Counted from the first letter of the stretch, positions 51,212 through 61,231 are shown. The stretch: 64,000 bases of DNA from an uncultured Nitrososphaerota archaeon (GCA_963799845.1 CAWCYI010000006.1:672001-736000); one strand, 5' to 3'. The notes: generated from the sequence alone by a model not told the origin. Numbers and translations are program-made.

Positions 51212-53339
51212 TCACGAACCTGTGTAACCGATGAGAGGGAAGTAGTATCCGAGGATTCCCGAGTTATCGATGACTCCCGTCACATAAGTCCTCTGAATCC
51301 AGTACGGATCGACGGCGTACAGCCAAATGTCGGGAGCCTGCTGGTACATTAGATTGTAGACCTGAGCAACTGTTGAATTGATCTGGGTAGAGTTTGTATA
51401 GAAGGGTAGATTCGCCGTCAAGTCGTTAACCTGTGTGTCGTTAAACCAAGAAACGTCACCGCTGATCCCCCCATACTCTACGTTGCTCAATAGCACAAGA
51501 TCCTGATACACCGCATCCGCCCAGCTTGGGTACCGGTACCAGATTAGCAGCCCAGGGTAACTCGGGTTGCCGCCTGATTGGGATATAGCATTCTCCTCCC
51601 CCTGTGTCGTTACGCCGTTCAATGTGAACGTTACTCCAATGCTAGCTAGAGTCGCCTGCATCTCCTGCGAAATCTTTGTCTCGGCCGGATCGGACGTGAC
51701 GTAAGTAATGGAGAGATTCGTGGGCAGAGCATTTCCATTTGGATTGACCACAGTCCCGTTAGGCAGGCTAAGTTTGAATCCCGCCTGGACAAAGTAGTTG
51801 ATTGCCATGTTCTGATTAAACGAATAATTCGTCAGGTTGCCCGGATTGTAGTAAGGATACCCAGGTGCCATGGGACCAACGTACGTCTCCGTATAGCCGC
51901 TGCCAACAGAGCTCAAAATTTCGGAGTAGTTTATTGCGTGAACGACCCCCAGCCTGAAGTCCTGAATGTTGTATGGATACTGCTCTGTGTCCATCATACC
52001 TGTGAGAAACAAGAATTTTGGAGCGCTGGGAAGTGAAGGAACCGAAATGCCGGAGGTAGAGGAAAGAGATGGTAGATAATTTGGAGAAAGGGCGGAAATC
52101 GACAGCGGTCCGACCAGCGATGCTGAGTTGCTGGTAATGCTCTGAATAATCTGACTGCTGGCCGTCGAGTACTCAAGAATCACGACTGGAATCTTCGGAG
52201 GGGAAAGCATGATGTTGCTTGAACCCGAAGCAAGTTTCGAAGCCCAGTAGTTCGGGTTCGCAACCAAGGTAGCTACCTCACCCTGGACGTCAGCTCTGGA
52301 CTTGATACGGACCTGTCCCCATCGTGTGAGTGTTGACGAAAGTGTTCTCTGTGTTCGGGACCACTCCTCCATTTGCATCGACAAATGACGGATCCACCTG
52401 ACCGGCACCAGGCACGGAGAGAACTTGAAGGAAGTTCAGGTAGGGATTTACAAGATTGAACTGCACGGAATAAGTCCCGGTAGCAACGATCGCCTGATCC
52501 GGATAACTCATTATTTTCTGGATCGTGCTGTTTGACGGATTGAAGTTGCTCAAGATCGCCGCGAGATCTGTCGCCGCTTGCTTCTGTCTCAATGTAGAGT
52601 TCGTCGTTGAAAGCTGATAACCGCCGGCTACCAGTGCGTTGTCGACTCCGTTAGAAATTGAATACCCTGTCGCGAAAGCGGTCGTTCCGTTGTAGATCAG
52701 ATTTGTAAAGTAAAATGCCCCGATCTGTCCCATGAGGATTACCCGGTTGAAATTGAACCAGGTAACGGAAGAGTTGTACGGGTTACCGTTTGCAAAATAG
52801 GCGTCATTTCTCAAGTTGAGTGTATAATTCAGATAATTTGCAGATATGGTCCAGTTCTGTGCAAGTATCGGAGCGAACTCCTGAAGACTGGTATAGTTGA
52901 ACATCACAAGCTCCTGGTACGTGTTGACGAGGATTTCGTCCTCTCCGGCAAAGAATCCAGATGACGGATCGTAAGAATTAGGAGGCTCATTCTCTGCAAC
53001 CACGAGCTGGCTTCTGTTCTCCGGGCCGGTCAATGCTGAAGATGAGCTGGTGGCAGATGTCGATGAAGATGAAGACGAAGAAGGAGTGGAAACGGAACTG
53101 GTTGATTGGCTAGAAGCGGCAGACGTGCTAGATGCAGAGGAAAAGCTCGAAGTAGGCGACGACGAGCTGGAAGATGTGGTTGCAAGAGAAGATGAGGTTG
53201 GTACGGAAGACGTTGTGGCCCTGTTGAGATTCAGGGCTGCATACCCGCCAACGATTACTATGATAATTACAACGACGACAATTCCAATACTTGCCCCTCT
53301 ACTGATTGCGTGTCGCAATCTGGATTTTCTGGACAGCAC
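51212..53339 (-). CDS. family 5 solute-binding protein (frameshift ~52295)
   Basis: TM anchor, Ser/Thr linker and GTGPY; continues ANPNYW in the second ORF. Confidence 0.88.
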
Positions 53340-53470
53340 AAATTACACGAGAGAAAGACGGCACTTTTAAGAATTTAATGATCTTCTGGAATAAAGTTTC
53401 AATAATAGATCCGAAATGGCCAACAATCAGCTAGCGACCTTTATTGCCTAGTGAATTTTTACTAGTATTC

Positions 53471-53701
53471 ATGACTTCGGCGTGCATGCTGATCAGAACG
53501 GAAAAAGGAAAGTATCAAGAGGTCGTTGATAGGTTGAAGCAGATTTCGTCCGTAAAGGACGCGTTCCCAGTACTCGGGCGATACGACGTTGTGGCTGATC
53601 TCGAATCGACCAGTAGCAAAGAACTTGGAAAAGCGACCCTCAAAGTAAACAGACTGGCTGGCGTAGTTTTCACTGAAACGATGCCAGAGGTCGAAACCTG
53701 A
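53471..53701 (+). CDS. Lrp/AsnC RAM-domain protein
   Basis: LGRYDVVA and GVVFTET. Confidence 0.85.
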   Translation: MTSACMLIRTEKGKYQEVVDRLKQISSVKDAFPVLGRYDVVADLESTSSKELGKATLKVNRLAGVVFTETMPEVET

Positions 53702-53718
53702 AAAAGAGGTCTTGAAAA

Positions 53719-53946
53719 ATGGAATTGAACGCCTGCATCCTCGTAAAGACTACGCCGATCCAGACAGACGAAGTACTCGATGCCGTTAGAAAGTTAACCG
53801 GAGTCAAGAAGGCTTTCGTTGCTTATGGCAGGTACGACTTGATCGCGTTTGTGAAGGCGGCGGATTACTCTGGAATAACAAAACTCACAAGCCTGGTTAA
53901 CTCGCTTGCCGGAGTCAGGAGCACTGAAACTCTCGTCGAAGCCTGA
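53719..53946 (+). CDS. Lrp/AsnC RAM-domain protein
   Basis: YGRYDLIA and GVRSTETL; GAGGT SD-like motif upstream. Confidence 0.85.
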   Translation: MELNACILVKTTPIQTDEVLDAVRKLTGVKKAFVAYGRYDLIAFVKAADYSGITKLTSLVNSLAGVRSTETLVEA

Positions 53947-53970
53947 TTAGCCAAGCTTCATTTTCAAATG

Positions 53971-54849
53971 TCAGATTGATTTGGCTGGTTGGGTAGGGAT
54001 CGAAAGTCCGGTCATTTCCTCGCAGATCTTCCACAGCCGCTTCGCGGTTGGCTCGTCATATGAGATAGGATTTGCCTTGACCTGTTTCTGGTTTGCGAAA
54101 TATTTTCCAGTTACACCTTCAACATCTGGAGAAGACGCAAGATAGATCGAAGTTCTCGCGCCCTTCTCTGGAGAGGCCATGAACAGCTTGACGAACGCGG
54201 CAATCGCTTTGAAAATCGGATTTACATCCCTGGTACCGAGTTCAGTCCTGATGACCCCGGGATGCAGAAAGTTTGCTGTGACTCCGGTGCCTTCGAGGCG
54301 CCGCGAGAACTCTACGGTTATCAAGTTCAGCGCAAGTTTTGATTGTCCGTAGATTCGAAAAGAGCTGTACTTTTTTTCTCCCTGAAGATCGTCAAAATCA
54401 ATCTTGGCATTGTTTGATGCGGCCGAGCTTACGTTCACGATTCGCGACGGCGCGCTGGACTTCAATTTGTCGTTAAGCATAGTCGTCAGCAAAAATGGCG
54501 CCAGGACGTTGACCGCAAAGGTCATCTCAATCCCGTCAGGAGACAGCATGCGATGGAACTGGTTCACACCAGCGTTATTCAGCAACACATCCAGTCGGTC
54601 AAACTGGCTGTTGAATTTCTTCACGAGTTCCCCGATCGACTTTTGAGATGAAAGATCGGCCGCAAGATGCACTACCGAGTCAGCCTTTCCGCTTTGGGTC
54701 TTGATTTCTTCAAGCGCGGCCCTGCTCTTTTCTGAATCTCGCATTACCGCGACGACGGTGGCGTCGAGCCTCGCCAATCCTATCGCTGTAGCCTTTCCGA
54801 TGCCGGTACTTGTCCCGGTAACTAGGCAGACCTTGCCCTTCATGCTCAA
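53971..54849 (-). CDS. short-chain dehydrogenase (retinol dehydrogenase/WWOX-like)
   Basis: TGTSTGIG, NNAG, YGQSK and HPGVIRT. Confidence 0.9.
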   Translation of the reverse strand: MSMKGKVCLVTGTSTGIGKATAIGLARLDATVVAVMRDSEKSRAALEEIKTQSGKADSVVHLAADLSSQKSIGELVKKFNSQFDRLDVLLNNAGVNQFHRMLSPDGIEMTFAVNVLAPFLLTTMLNDKLKSSAPSRIVNVSSAASNNAKIDFDDLQGEKKYSSFRIYGQSKLALNLITVEFSRRLEGTGVTANFLHPGVIRTELGTRDVNPIFKAIAAFVKLFMASPEKGARTSIYLASSPDVEGVTGKYFANQKQVKANPISYDEPTAKRLWKICEEMTGLSIPTQPAKSI

Positions 54850-54901
54850 TGCTGGTCACAGTGCGGATAACGATTGCTAGAAGTCACTGCTCTAAATGTT
54901 C

Positions 54902-55366
54902 TCAAGCAGGATTTGATTGAGCAGGCGCTTCTGCCGGAGCGGCCTCTTGATTCGCATCTGCTGATTCCTTCAATGCGACCTGTTTCGACATCCAGAGCTC
55001 GAACGTATCTGGAGCCGCTGCGGTATCGAGTTTGGGAGACACATTTTCCTTGGGCTTTTGTTTTTCCATCCAGCGATCGAATGTATCTGGAGTTACTTCT
55101 GAATCTAGCTTACGAGAGGTAGTTTCTTTGGGCTTTTGTTTTTCTATCCAGAGCTCGAATGTACCCTTTGGCAGAACGACTTCCGCATGGGCAGATGGCG
55201 TGACTGCGCCTTCTTTTTTGCTCGCTCTCACCTGTTTCGCGATCCAAGCATCAAACGTATCGGCCGGGAGCTTCGATGTAGTTTTTGCCGGAGTCTTGGA
55301 GGCTCGGGTTGCTGTCTTTTTTGCTTTTGACTTTGCTGGTTTCTTCTTTGCACTTTTTGGCTTCAA
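54902..55366 (-). CDS. Lys/Ala-rich protein with four PxTFxxWxxKQ repeats
   Basis: Repeats conserved at amino-acid level in this frame only. Confidence 0.75.
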   Translation of the reverse strand: MKPKSAKKKPAKSKAKKTATRASKTPAKTTSKLPADTFDAWIAKQVRASKKEGAVTPSAHAEVVLPKGTFELWIEKQKPKETTSRKLDSEVTPDTFDRWMEKQKPKENVSPKLDTAAAPDTFELWMSKQVALKESADANQEAAPAEAPAQSNPA

Positions 55367-55511
55367 GTTCTATCAGGTGTCCTGTACTAGCGTCCGGAAG
55401 ATATGCTTTGTGATACAGAAGAGATTAGGTCAAAGAGGTTGATTCCTCTTTTTCGATAGTTATCGACCAAATTGACAAAACTAAAATTCCACTCTATCAA
55501 ACTAGCGAGTC

Positions 55512-55709
55512 ATGACCAGCGACAAAAAATGCTCGAACTGCCAACATTTCATGGAAAATGCCGGTGACTTTCATTCGAAAGTTAGTGAATACACCGGATT
55601 TGGAGGTATGTTCCTGTCGGGGTGGAATCCCGATGCAAGAACCCAGGCCTTCGTCCTATTTCGGTGCCCGAATTGCGGAAAAGTAGATTTTTACGAGCCT
55701 TCGAAATAG
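55512..55709 (+). CDS. small zinc-finger microprotein (CPxCG type)
   Basis: CSNC...CPNCGKVDFY. Confidence 0.75.
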   Translation: MTSDKKCSNCQHFMENAGDFHSKVSEYTGFGGMFLSGWNPDARTQAFVLFRCPNCGKVDFYEPSK

Positions 55710-55735
55710 ATTGCTGCGAGTTCTAAAACCAAAAT

Positions 55736-56038
55736 TTAGTACGGATTTTGCGGAGGAGTAGCTCCATCACCAATGACAGTGGCCCATTTTCGGACATTCC
55801 ATTTCGTGACTAACCCGTTTCTAACATATGGATCGTTTCTCGCAAACTCCTCGGCAGCTCCAGGGTGAGAACCTGAAAAAACAAACACTGCCCCATCGGA
55901 GGGATCGGCTAGTGCTCCCGCAAGAACGAGTTCTCCTTTGTCGTAGGACTTTCGTGCCCTCTCTAGGTGCTCTCCCCTGAACGGTGCTCTCTTTTCCACG
56001 TAGTCTTCAACGACATCATAAAAAAGCAAATAGTGCAT
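55736..56038 (-). CDS. YciI family protein
   Basis: RAPFRGEHL, LAGAL and DPYVRNGL. Confidence 0.88.
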   Translation of the reverse strand: MHYLLFYDVVEDYVEKRAPFRGEHLERARKSYDKGELVLAGALADPSDGAVFVFSGSHPGAAEEFARNDPYVRNGLVTKWNVRKWATVIGDGATPPQNPY

Positions 56039-56105
56039 ACCTTCCTAAACCAACGAATCTGCACTTAAAGATCAAGACCGGAGTTTTCGTGAACTACCCT
56101 TGAAT

Positions 56106-57233
56106 TTATTCGTGGGCTTCTTGCTTCCTTGACTGAAACTTGCTGATCCGTGTGATCAGTAGAGGCTCTGTCTCCACAAGGGACTGCTCCAGTCCCAGCT
56201 TCAGGTGATTGCGAGCTGCGTTCACGTCACGGTCCAGTTCAAGACCACAACGCTCGCAATGAAACACTCTGTCCTTCAGAGTGAGTTTCGTCGGCGAGAG
56301 CTATCCGCATCTAGAGCATTTCTGCGAACTGCCAATGGGATTGACGAGTAAGACTCGCCCGCTACGCCTTTCTGCCTTGTAAGCAGTCATTACGCGTAGC
56401 TTCCCCCAGGTGGCATCCAATATTGCTGATGCGAGATTGTGGTTTCTCACCATGTTCAGAATCTTCAGGTCTTCGAATACAACCAACTTGTTCTTCCGAG
56501 CAAGGTCATTCGAAAACTTATGGCAGAAGTCTTCCCTCTGTCTCCGCACTTTTCTCCACGCCTTGGCGAGAACGATCCGTGCCTTCTCCCTGTTCTGAGA
56601 AGCCTTCTTCTTTCGTGAAAGCTTTCGCTGAAAAGACTTGATTCTCTGCACACTCCCCTTCAAGTAGCGTGGGTTTTCTATAAGGGTCCCATCGCTGAGA
56701 GCTGCTACACTCGAGATCCCAACATCCACGCCAATTTTTCCATCGGAGCATTTCACAGTCGGATTGGATTCGTCGACGAGCAGTGCCACGAACCACTGGT
56801 CGACGTCCCGGATAACGGTCACACGCTTGATGACGCCGGAGATTTTTCGGTGTAGCACAATCTTGATCTTCCCAATTTTGCTCAGGTAGATCGTGCCACC
56901 TTTCAGCTTGAAGCCGGATTGAGGATAGGTGAAGGAGTTGTAGCGACCGTATTTCCTGAACCTCGGATACTTCATCAGCCCTTTGAAGAATGCTTGGAAC
57001 GCCTTGTCCAGTCTCAGGGCTACGTCCTGCAGGACTTGGGAGAATACAACCTTGAGATATTTATTGTCCCGCTTCAAAGGCACGAGCTGTCTTTTCTGTT
57101 GGTAGAATCCAGTCCGATTCTCATTCCGATCCGCAAGAAGATTGTTGTATAGACGCCTGCATGTTTCAAGAGTCTCGTTGAGGCTTCTCTCTCGTTGCGT
57201 GCTTGGATAGATCCTGAACTTGTAGGTGATCAA
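56106..57233 (-). pseudogene. tnpB: TnpB RNA-guided nuclease with an in-frame TAG at 56301-56303
   Basis: YKFRIYP, RuvC-I GVDVG, RuvC-II FEDL, then CSRCG*...CERCG...DRDVNAARN in frame after the stop. Confidence 0.9.
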
Positions 57234-57628
57234 ATCTCTTTCTGCTCTGCAATGTATTGCTTGATCGTGTCGGATGAGACGTGTCCGTGTGTTGAAACAA
57301 AGTAGCTTCGACTCCAAAGAGTAGGAAGCCGGGTTGCAAGTTCTGGGAATTCCTTTCTGAGCTCGTGGGAAGTATAACCCTTGAGAGCCGCGATGATCCG
57401 GTTTGGTGCGATCACCGGAGTAGCCTGGATGAATAGATGCATATGGTCCGGCATTATTTCGAGTGCGATAATCTTGCAGCCGAGAGCATCTGTTTTCTCT
57501 TGAAGTAAAGCTTTGAGTCGAGCTTCAACTTTTCCAACGAGAACCTTTCGCCTGTATTTGGGGCACCAGACGAAGTGATAGTTCATGAAGTGGACTGAAG
57601 TCTGGGAAGGGAGATAGCCCCGTGGCAC
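57230..57628 (-). CDS. tnpA: IS200/IS605 Y1 (HUH) transposase
   Basis: YHFVWCPKYRR, DHMH, LWSRSYF and YIAEQ. Confidence 0.95.
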   Translation of the reverse strand: MPRGYLPSQTSVHFMNYHFVWCPKYRRKVLVGKVEARLKALLQEKTDALGCKIIALEIMPDHMHLFIQATPVIAPNRIIAALKGYTSHELRKEFPELATRLPTLWSRSYFVSTHGHVSSDTIKQYIAEQKEI

Positions 57629-57686
57629 GGGAAAAAATGGATAACATTTACTTAATTAAAATGCTCGCTTTCATCCCACGGCTGAA

Positions 57687-58862
57687 CAGTAGTTGCGAAT
57701 CAAGTATGCTTTCCTTTCATGTCAAATGACTTGTTCATGATTAGACCGATGAGAGAGAGTTTCATTTGTATTACTTCCACCGATTCGTTCGGATGGAGCA
57801 GCTCTTGGTTGGCATTGTACATGACCCACGAATTGTAGACAAGACATGCAAAGAGATAGTAGAACAATCTTACCACGTAGTTCCTTGATGTTGTTTTTAT
57901 CAGGAATTGATTTGACATTCGGTAGCTTGTCTCTATGCCCCAACGGTTCTTGAATAGCCTTAGGATTGTTTCAGCTTTGTAGGGAAGATTTGTTGCAAAC
58001 AGGTACTTGTAATCCTTTGTCTTGTCATATGCCACTACAACTTCAAACGAGGCTTGTTCAGATTCCCTCCTCCTGTGTCCGCTAGTAGTGTACGTGAACC
58101 TCCTACCCTGCCAGAGCCTCATTTTCTTTGTCTTGTAGGTTGGAGCCATTCGCACGATGTACTTGAGTCCAGATTCCTCAAGAAATCTGAGTAGATTTGT
58201 GTGAAAGAATCCGCCGTCAAAAACCAGATAGCGAATTCTTATTTTCAGCTCTTCTTGCAGTTTTCGCACAATTTGTGTGGTAGACGAGACAAGTTCCGAG
58301 CCTGATGCTAATCCTGTAACAGCTACGATCAGTCTTTCTCCATCTGCTAGAACAGAAGCTGTAAGGTACTTGAATGAATAATTGCTTCCGTCCCTGTGCA
58401 TGGTTCCAATGACCATCGGTGTTTCTTCATGATTACCGTAGTACATGACATCATGCAGATCCAAAGCGACAGGGACTGGTACGCGTAATTTTCTTCTTTT
58501 TCTAAGATCCTTCACATTCCCGTCTATCAAATTATCGAAGATTTGTTTGACTCTCGCTTCTCTTTGTGATTTAATGTACGAAAGAAGAGTTTCTGCAGTC
58601 GGTGATTCGCCTAGAGATTTCGAAACACCTTCAGCAAATCCATTTACCAAGCTCGCCGAGATGAGCAGGTTTAGGTGTTCATTCTTGGAATAAATCGCTC
58701 TCTCCTTCAGCTCATATGTCAGCAGTCCTGAGATGTTTTTCTTTACGAATTCATACAGCTTTCTCGAATTGAACCTCAATTGGAACGTCGGAAACAAGCC
58801 CTAAGGCGGGCTGGCCATAATAATTGCGGCCGGAAATCGCCTAGATTCGTTCGCAACTACTG
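57687..58862 (-). mobile_element. ISH3-like (IS4 superfamily) insertion sequence
   Basis: Perfect 13-bp TIR CAGTAGTTGCGAA; 4-bp TGAA duplication at 57683-86 and 58863-66. Confidence 0.88.
57700..58797 (-). CDS. DDE transposase (ISH3/IS4-like)
   Basis: ALDLHDVMYYG, FDGGF and RWGIETSYR. Confidence 0.9.
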   Translation of the reverse strand: MFPTFQLRFNSRKLYEFVKKNISGLLTYELKERAIYSKNEHLNLLISASLVNGFAEGVSKSLGESPTAETLLSYIKSQREARVKQIFDNLIDGNVKDLRKRRKLRVPVPVALDLHDVMYYGNHEETPMVIGTMHRDGSNYSFKYLTASVLADGERLIVAVTGLASGSELVSSTTQIVRKLQEELKIRIRYLVFDGGFFHTNLLRFLEESGLKYIVRMAPTYKTKKMRLWQGRRFTYTTSGHRRRESEQASFEVVVAYDKTKDYKYLFATNLPYKAETILRLFKNRWGIETSYRMSNQFLIKTTSRNYVVRLFYYLFACLVYNSWVMYNANQELLHPNESVEVIQMKLSLIGLIMNKSFDMKGKHT

Positions 58863-58999
58863 TGAAACCCGTGGGGTTTCCCGCTCGACTTAGTGCTAAA
58901 AATGAAGCAGGTCTAGAACGATGTTGAGTCAATTCTCCGTGAAATAGTTTCGTCGTCCCATTACGCTTATACAATTGACAACGCGAAGTTTTCCCGGAA

Positions 59000-60037
59000 T
59001 TGAAAGCGGTAGCCAAGACAAAGAGAGAACCGGGTCTAGAGGTAATCGAGACAGATCCGGACAAGATTGGTGAAAATGATGTTCTCCTCAAAATGCGGGC
59101 TGCCTCAATTTGCGGGAGCGATCTTGGATTTTACAACTATACTGCGGCCTACCAGAAATTTGCGAAAGTTCCGACAATCATGGGCCACGAGTTTGCTGGC
59201 GAGATAGTCGAGGTCGGGAAAAAAGTTAACGATTTCGCCATCGGTGATCGGGTGTCCGTCGAATCTGTTCTTTACTGCGGGAAATGCAAGTTCTGCAGAC
59301 GAGGTACGACAAACATCTGCCGAAATTTCACGGTCTTTGGAATGCATCGCAACGGTGGGTTCGCTGAATTTGTCGCAGTGGATCAAGAGTACCTCCATCG
59401 AATTCCTAGCGAAGTTTCATTTCTGGAAGCGGGAGTGGTCGAACCGCTTTCGGTCGTGGTGAACGCCCTCGAGGATGTCTCGACACAGATCGACGTGGGT
59501 GACACTGCCTGCGTCATAGGTCCCGGCCCGCTCGGACTTTTTTCAGCAGAAATCCTGCGAGCGAAAGGCGTTAGTGATCCATTGATCCTTGGGATTGGAA
59601 TTGATGAGTACAGGCTAGAACTGGCCAAGACAAATCTATCTTACGAGACAATGAATACAGAGAAAATTGATCCCACGGAAAGAATGAATTCAATGACTGA
59701 TGGGTATGGGTTCGATGTTGTGGTTGTAGCGGCCGGAGCTCCGGCGGCACTGAGATCCGCCGTTCCCCTGGTATCAAAGGGAGGACAGATTATTGTCATT
59801 GGAATTTTTCCGGAAGATGTTTTGCTGCCAGTATCGGATCTTGTGCGGAGGCAGATATCCATGAGGGGCTCCTACGGCTCGGCCTGGAAACACTACGAAG
59901 AAGCTATCCATCTTTTGAATAACAAATTGGTTAGAGCGGAAGCCATTGTGAGTCATCGGTTTGATCTGGATCACGCTGATGAAGCCTTCCAGATGGCGAA
60001 AGCGAAAACTGGTTCCAAGGTGCAGTTCAAAAATTAG
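59000..60037 (+). CDS. Zn-dependent medium-chain dehydrogenase (threonine/sorbitol dehydrogenase-like)
   Basis: ICGSD, GHEFAG, CGKCKFC...C and GPGPLG. Confidence 0.92.
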   Translation: MKAVAKTKREPGLEVIETDPDKIGENDVLLKMRAASICGSDLGFYNYTAAYQKFAKVPTIMGHEFAGEIVEVGKKVNDFAIGDRVSVESVLYCGKCKFCRRGTTNICRNFTVFGMHRNGGFAEFVAVDQEYLHRIPSEVSFLEAGVVEPLSVVVNALEDVSTQIDVGDTACVIGPGPLGLFSAEILRAKGVSDPLILGIGIDEYRLELAKTNLSYETMNTEKIDPTERMNSMTDGYGFDVVVVAAGAPAALRSAVPLVSKGGQIIVIGIFPEDVLLPVSDLVRRQISMRGSYGSAWKHYEEAIHLLNNKLVRAEAIVSHRFDLDHADEAFQMAKAKTGSKVQFKN

Positions 60038-60223
60038 TCGTGTCCTGTAAGTAGTCAAGTTGACGTAAGGTCGTTAAGGTGTTCCTTCCAATGACGATCC
60101 TGCGAAACTACTTCGGCGAATATCGGTAACAGCTAATCAGTTCTATTAAATGAGCATAAACCTCACGTAGATGTCGGATAATCTTACTACGTTGAATCTA
60201 AAGTTCAACGCTTTGCCACCTCA

Positions 60224-61231
60224 TCAACTTGTGTAGGACTTGAAGTAGGGAATCACTTCCCTTCGAAACAGATCAATGAACTTTGGCTGGCTGGGACTCG
60301 AGCTCGTTATGTGGATCTGATCGAAGCCGATCTTCCTGTACTTCTCGATTGCCTTGATGAATGGCTCCGCGGAAGTGCCGACAATCCACGATCTGGACAG
60401 TTGTTCATTTCCCACCATGTCGCCGTGCGCCTCGATCTCCTTTGGATCGAACACAGCCATCTTGTAGAAAACGGGCATCGTCGATCCCGCCCAGGGGCGA
60501 GCAGCGTTCAGTGCTGCTTCCGGATCTTCGTCGTAGGTCATCCAGACTTCGAGCGATTTCGAGAAATCTTCCATCGCCCGGCCGGATGATTTCAGCCCTT
60601 TCTCCAGAGCCGGAAAGAGGACATCTCTGTAGGTTTCGTCGGTCGCCGGCGGCGTAAGGAACCCGTCTCCCAATCTTCCAGCAACCTCGGCGACCGTGGG
60701 CCCGCTCGCCGCCACGTAAATGGGAATCTTGTTTTTGCTCCGTGTGTACAGTTTTGCTTTGTTCAGCTTGAAGTACTTTCCGCGATAAGATTGAAGCTCG
60801 CCCGTCCATAGTCTGCGGATAACTTCGATCGCCTCTTCCAGTCGCTGGACCCTCTCCGAATAGGGCGGCCACTTGAACCCCAGCGGCATCTCATTCAGGG
60901 CCTCTCCTGTTGCAAGCGAAAGAAAAATTCTGTTGTTGTACATGTATTCCATGGTAGCAAAAGCCTGCGCAACAATCCCTGGATGGTACCTGAGAATGGG
61001 GCAGGTGATCCCGGTTCCGAATTTTATCCTCTTAGTCGCTTGAGCGGCAGAGGCGATGAATGTCCAGGCGAAGCTGCATGCGGCATTAGTGTGAAACCAC
61101 GGAAGAAAATGATCGCTGGCCCAGATCGAATCGAATCCGGCCTGTTCCGCCAGTACGACGTGTTCCAGCGCGACATCGGGCTGAAACTGCTCCAGAGAGA
61201 TCTGATAACCCAAGTCAAATTTCGGTTTCAA
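60224..61231 (-). CDS. F420-dependent LLM oxidoreductase (G6PDH-like subfamily)
   Basis: LEQF, SDHFLPW, TGEALNE and VAASGP. Confidence 0.88.
   Translation of the reverse strand: MKPKFDLGYQISLEQFQPDVALEHVVLAEQAGFDSIWASDHFLPWFHTNAACSFAWTFIASAAQATKRIKFGTGITCPILRYHPGIVAQAFATMEYMYNNRIFLSLATGEALNEMPLGFKWPPYSERVQRLEEAIEVIRRLWTGELQSYRGKYFKLNKAKLYTRSKNKIPIYVAASGPTVAEVAGRLGDGFLTPPATDETYRDVLFPALEKGLKSSGRAMEDFSKSLEVWMTYDEDPEAALNAARPWAGSTMPVFYKMAVFDPKEIEAHGDMVGNEQLSRSWIVGTSAEPFIKAIEKYRKIGFDQIHITSSSPSQPKFIDLFRREVIPYFKSYTS

Larger units (their letters stand above)
56089..58895 (-). mobile_element. IS200/IS605-family element (tnpA + tnpB); left end interrupted by another IS
   Basis: Right end ...GGGTAGTTCAC at 56089; left-end hairpin CCCACGG-N7-CCGTGGG is restored after removing 57687-58862 and one target copy; outer left boundary approximate. 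Confidence 0.85.

Noticed and set aside
53050-53370. Acidic D/E/V-rich ORFs (also 40687-40977)
   Set aside because: Reverse complements of the Ser/Thr linkers of the solute-binding proteins
13938-56303. In-frame TAG codons (13938, 33916, 56301) as evidence for amber recoding or pyrrolysine
   Set aside because: TAG is the evident terminator of conserved genes here (e.g. poxB, pyk, Zn-ADH); the three cases lie in decaying or mobile genes; no pyl genes are in the window
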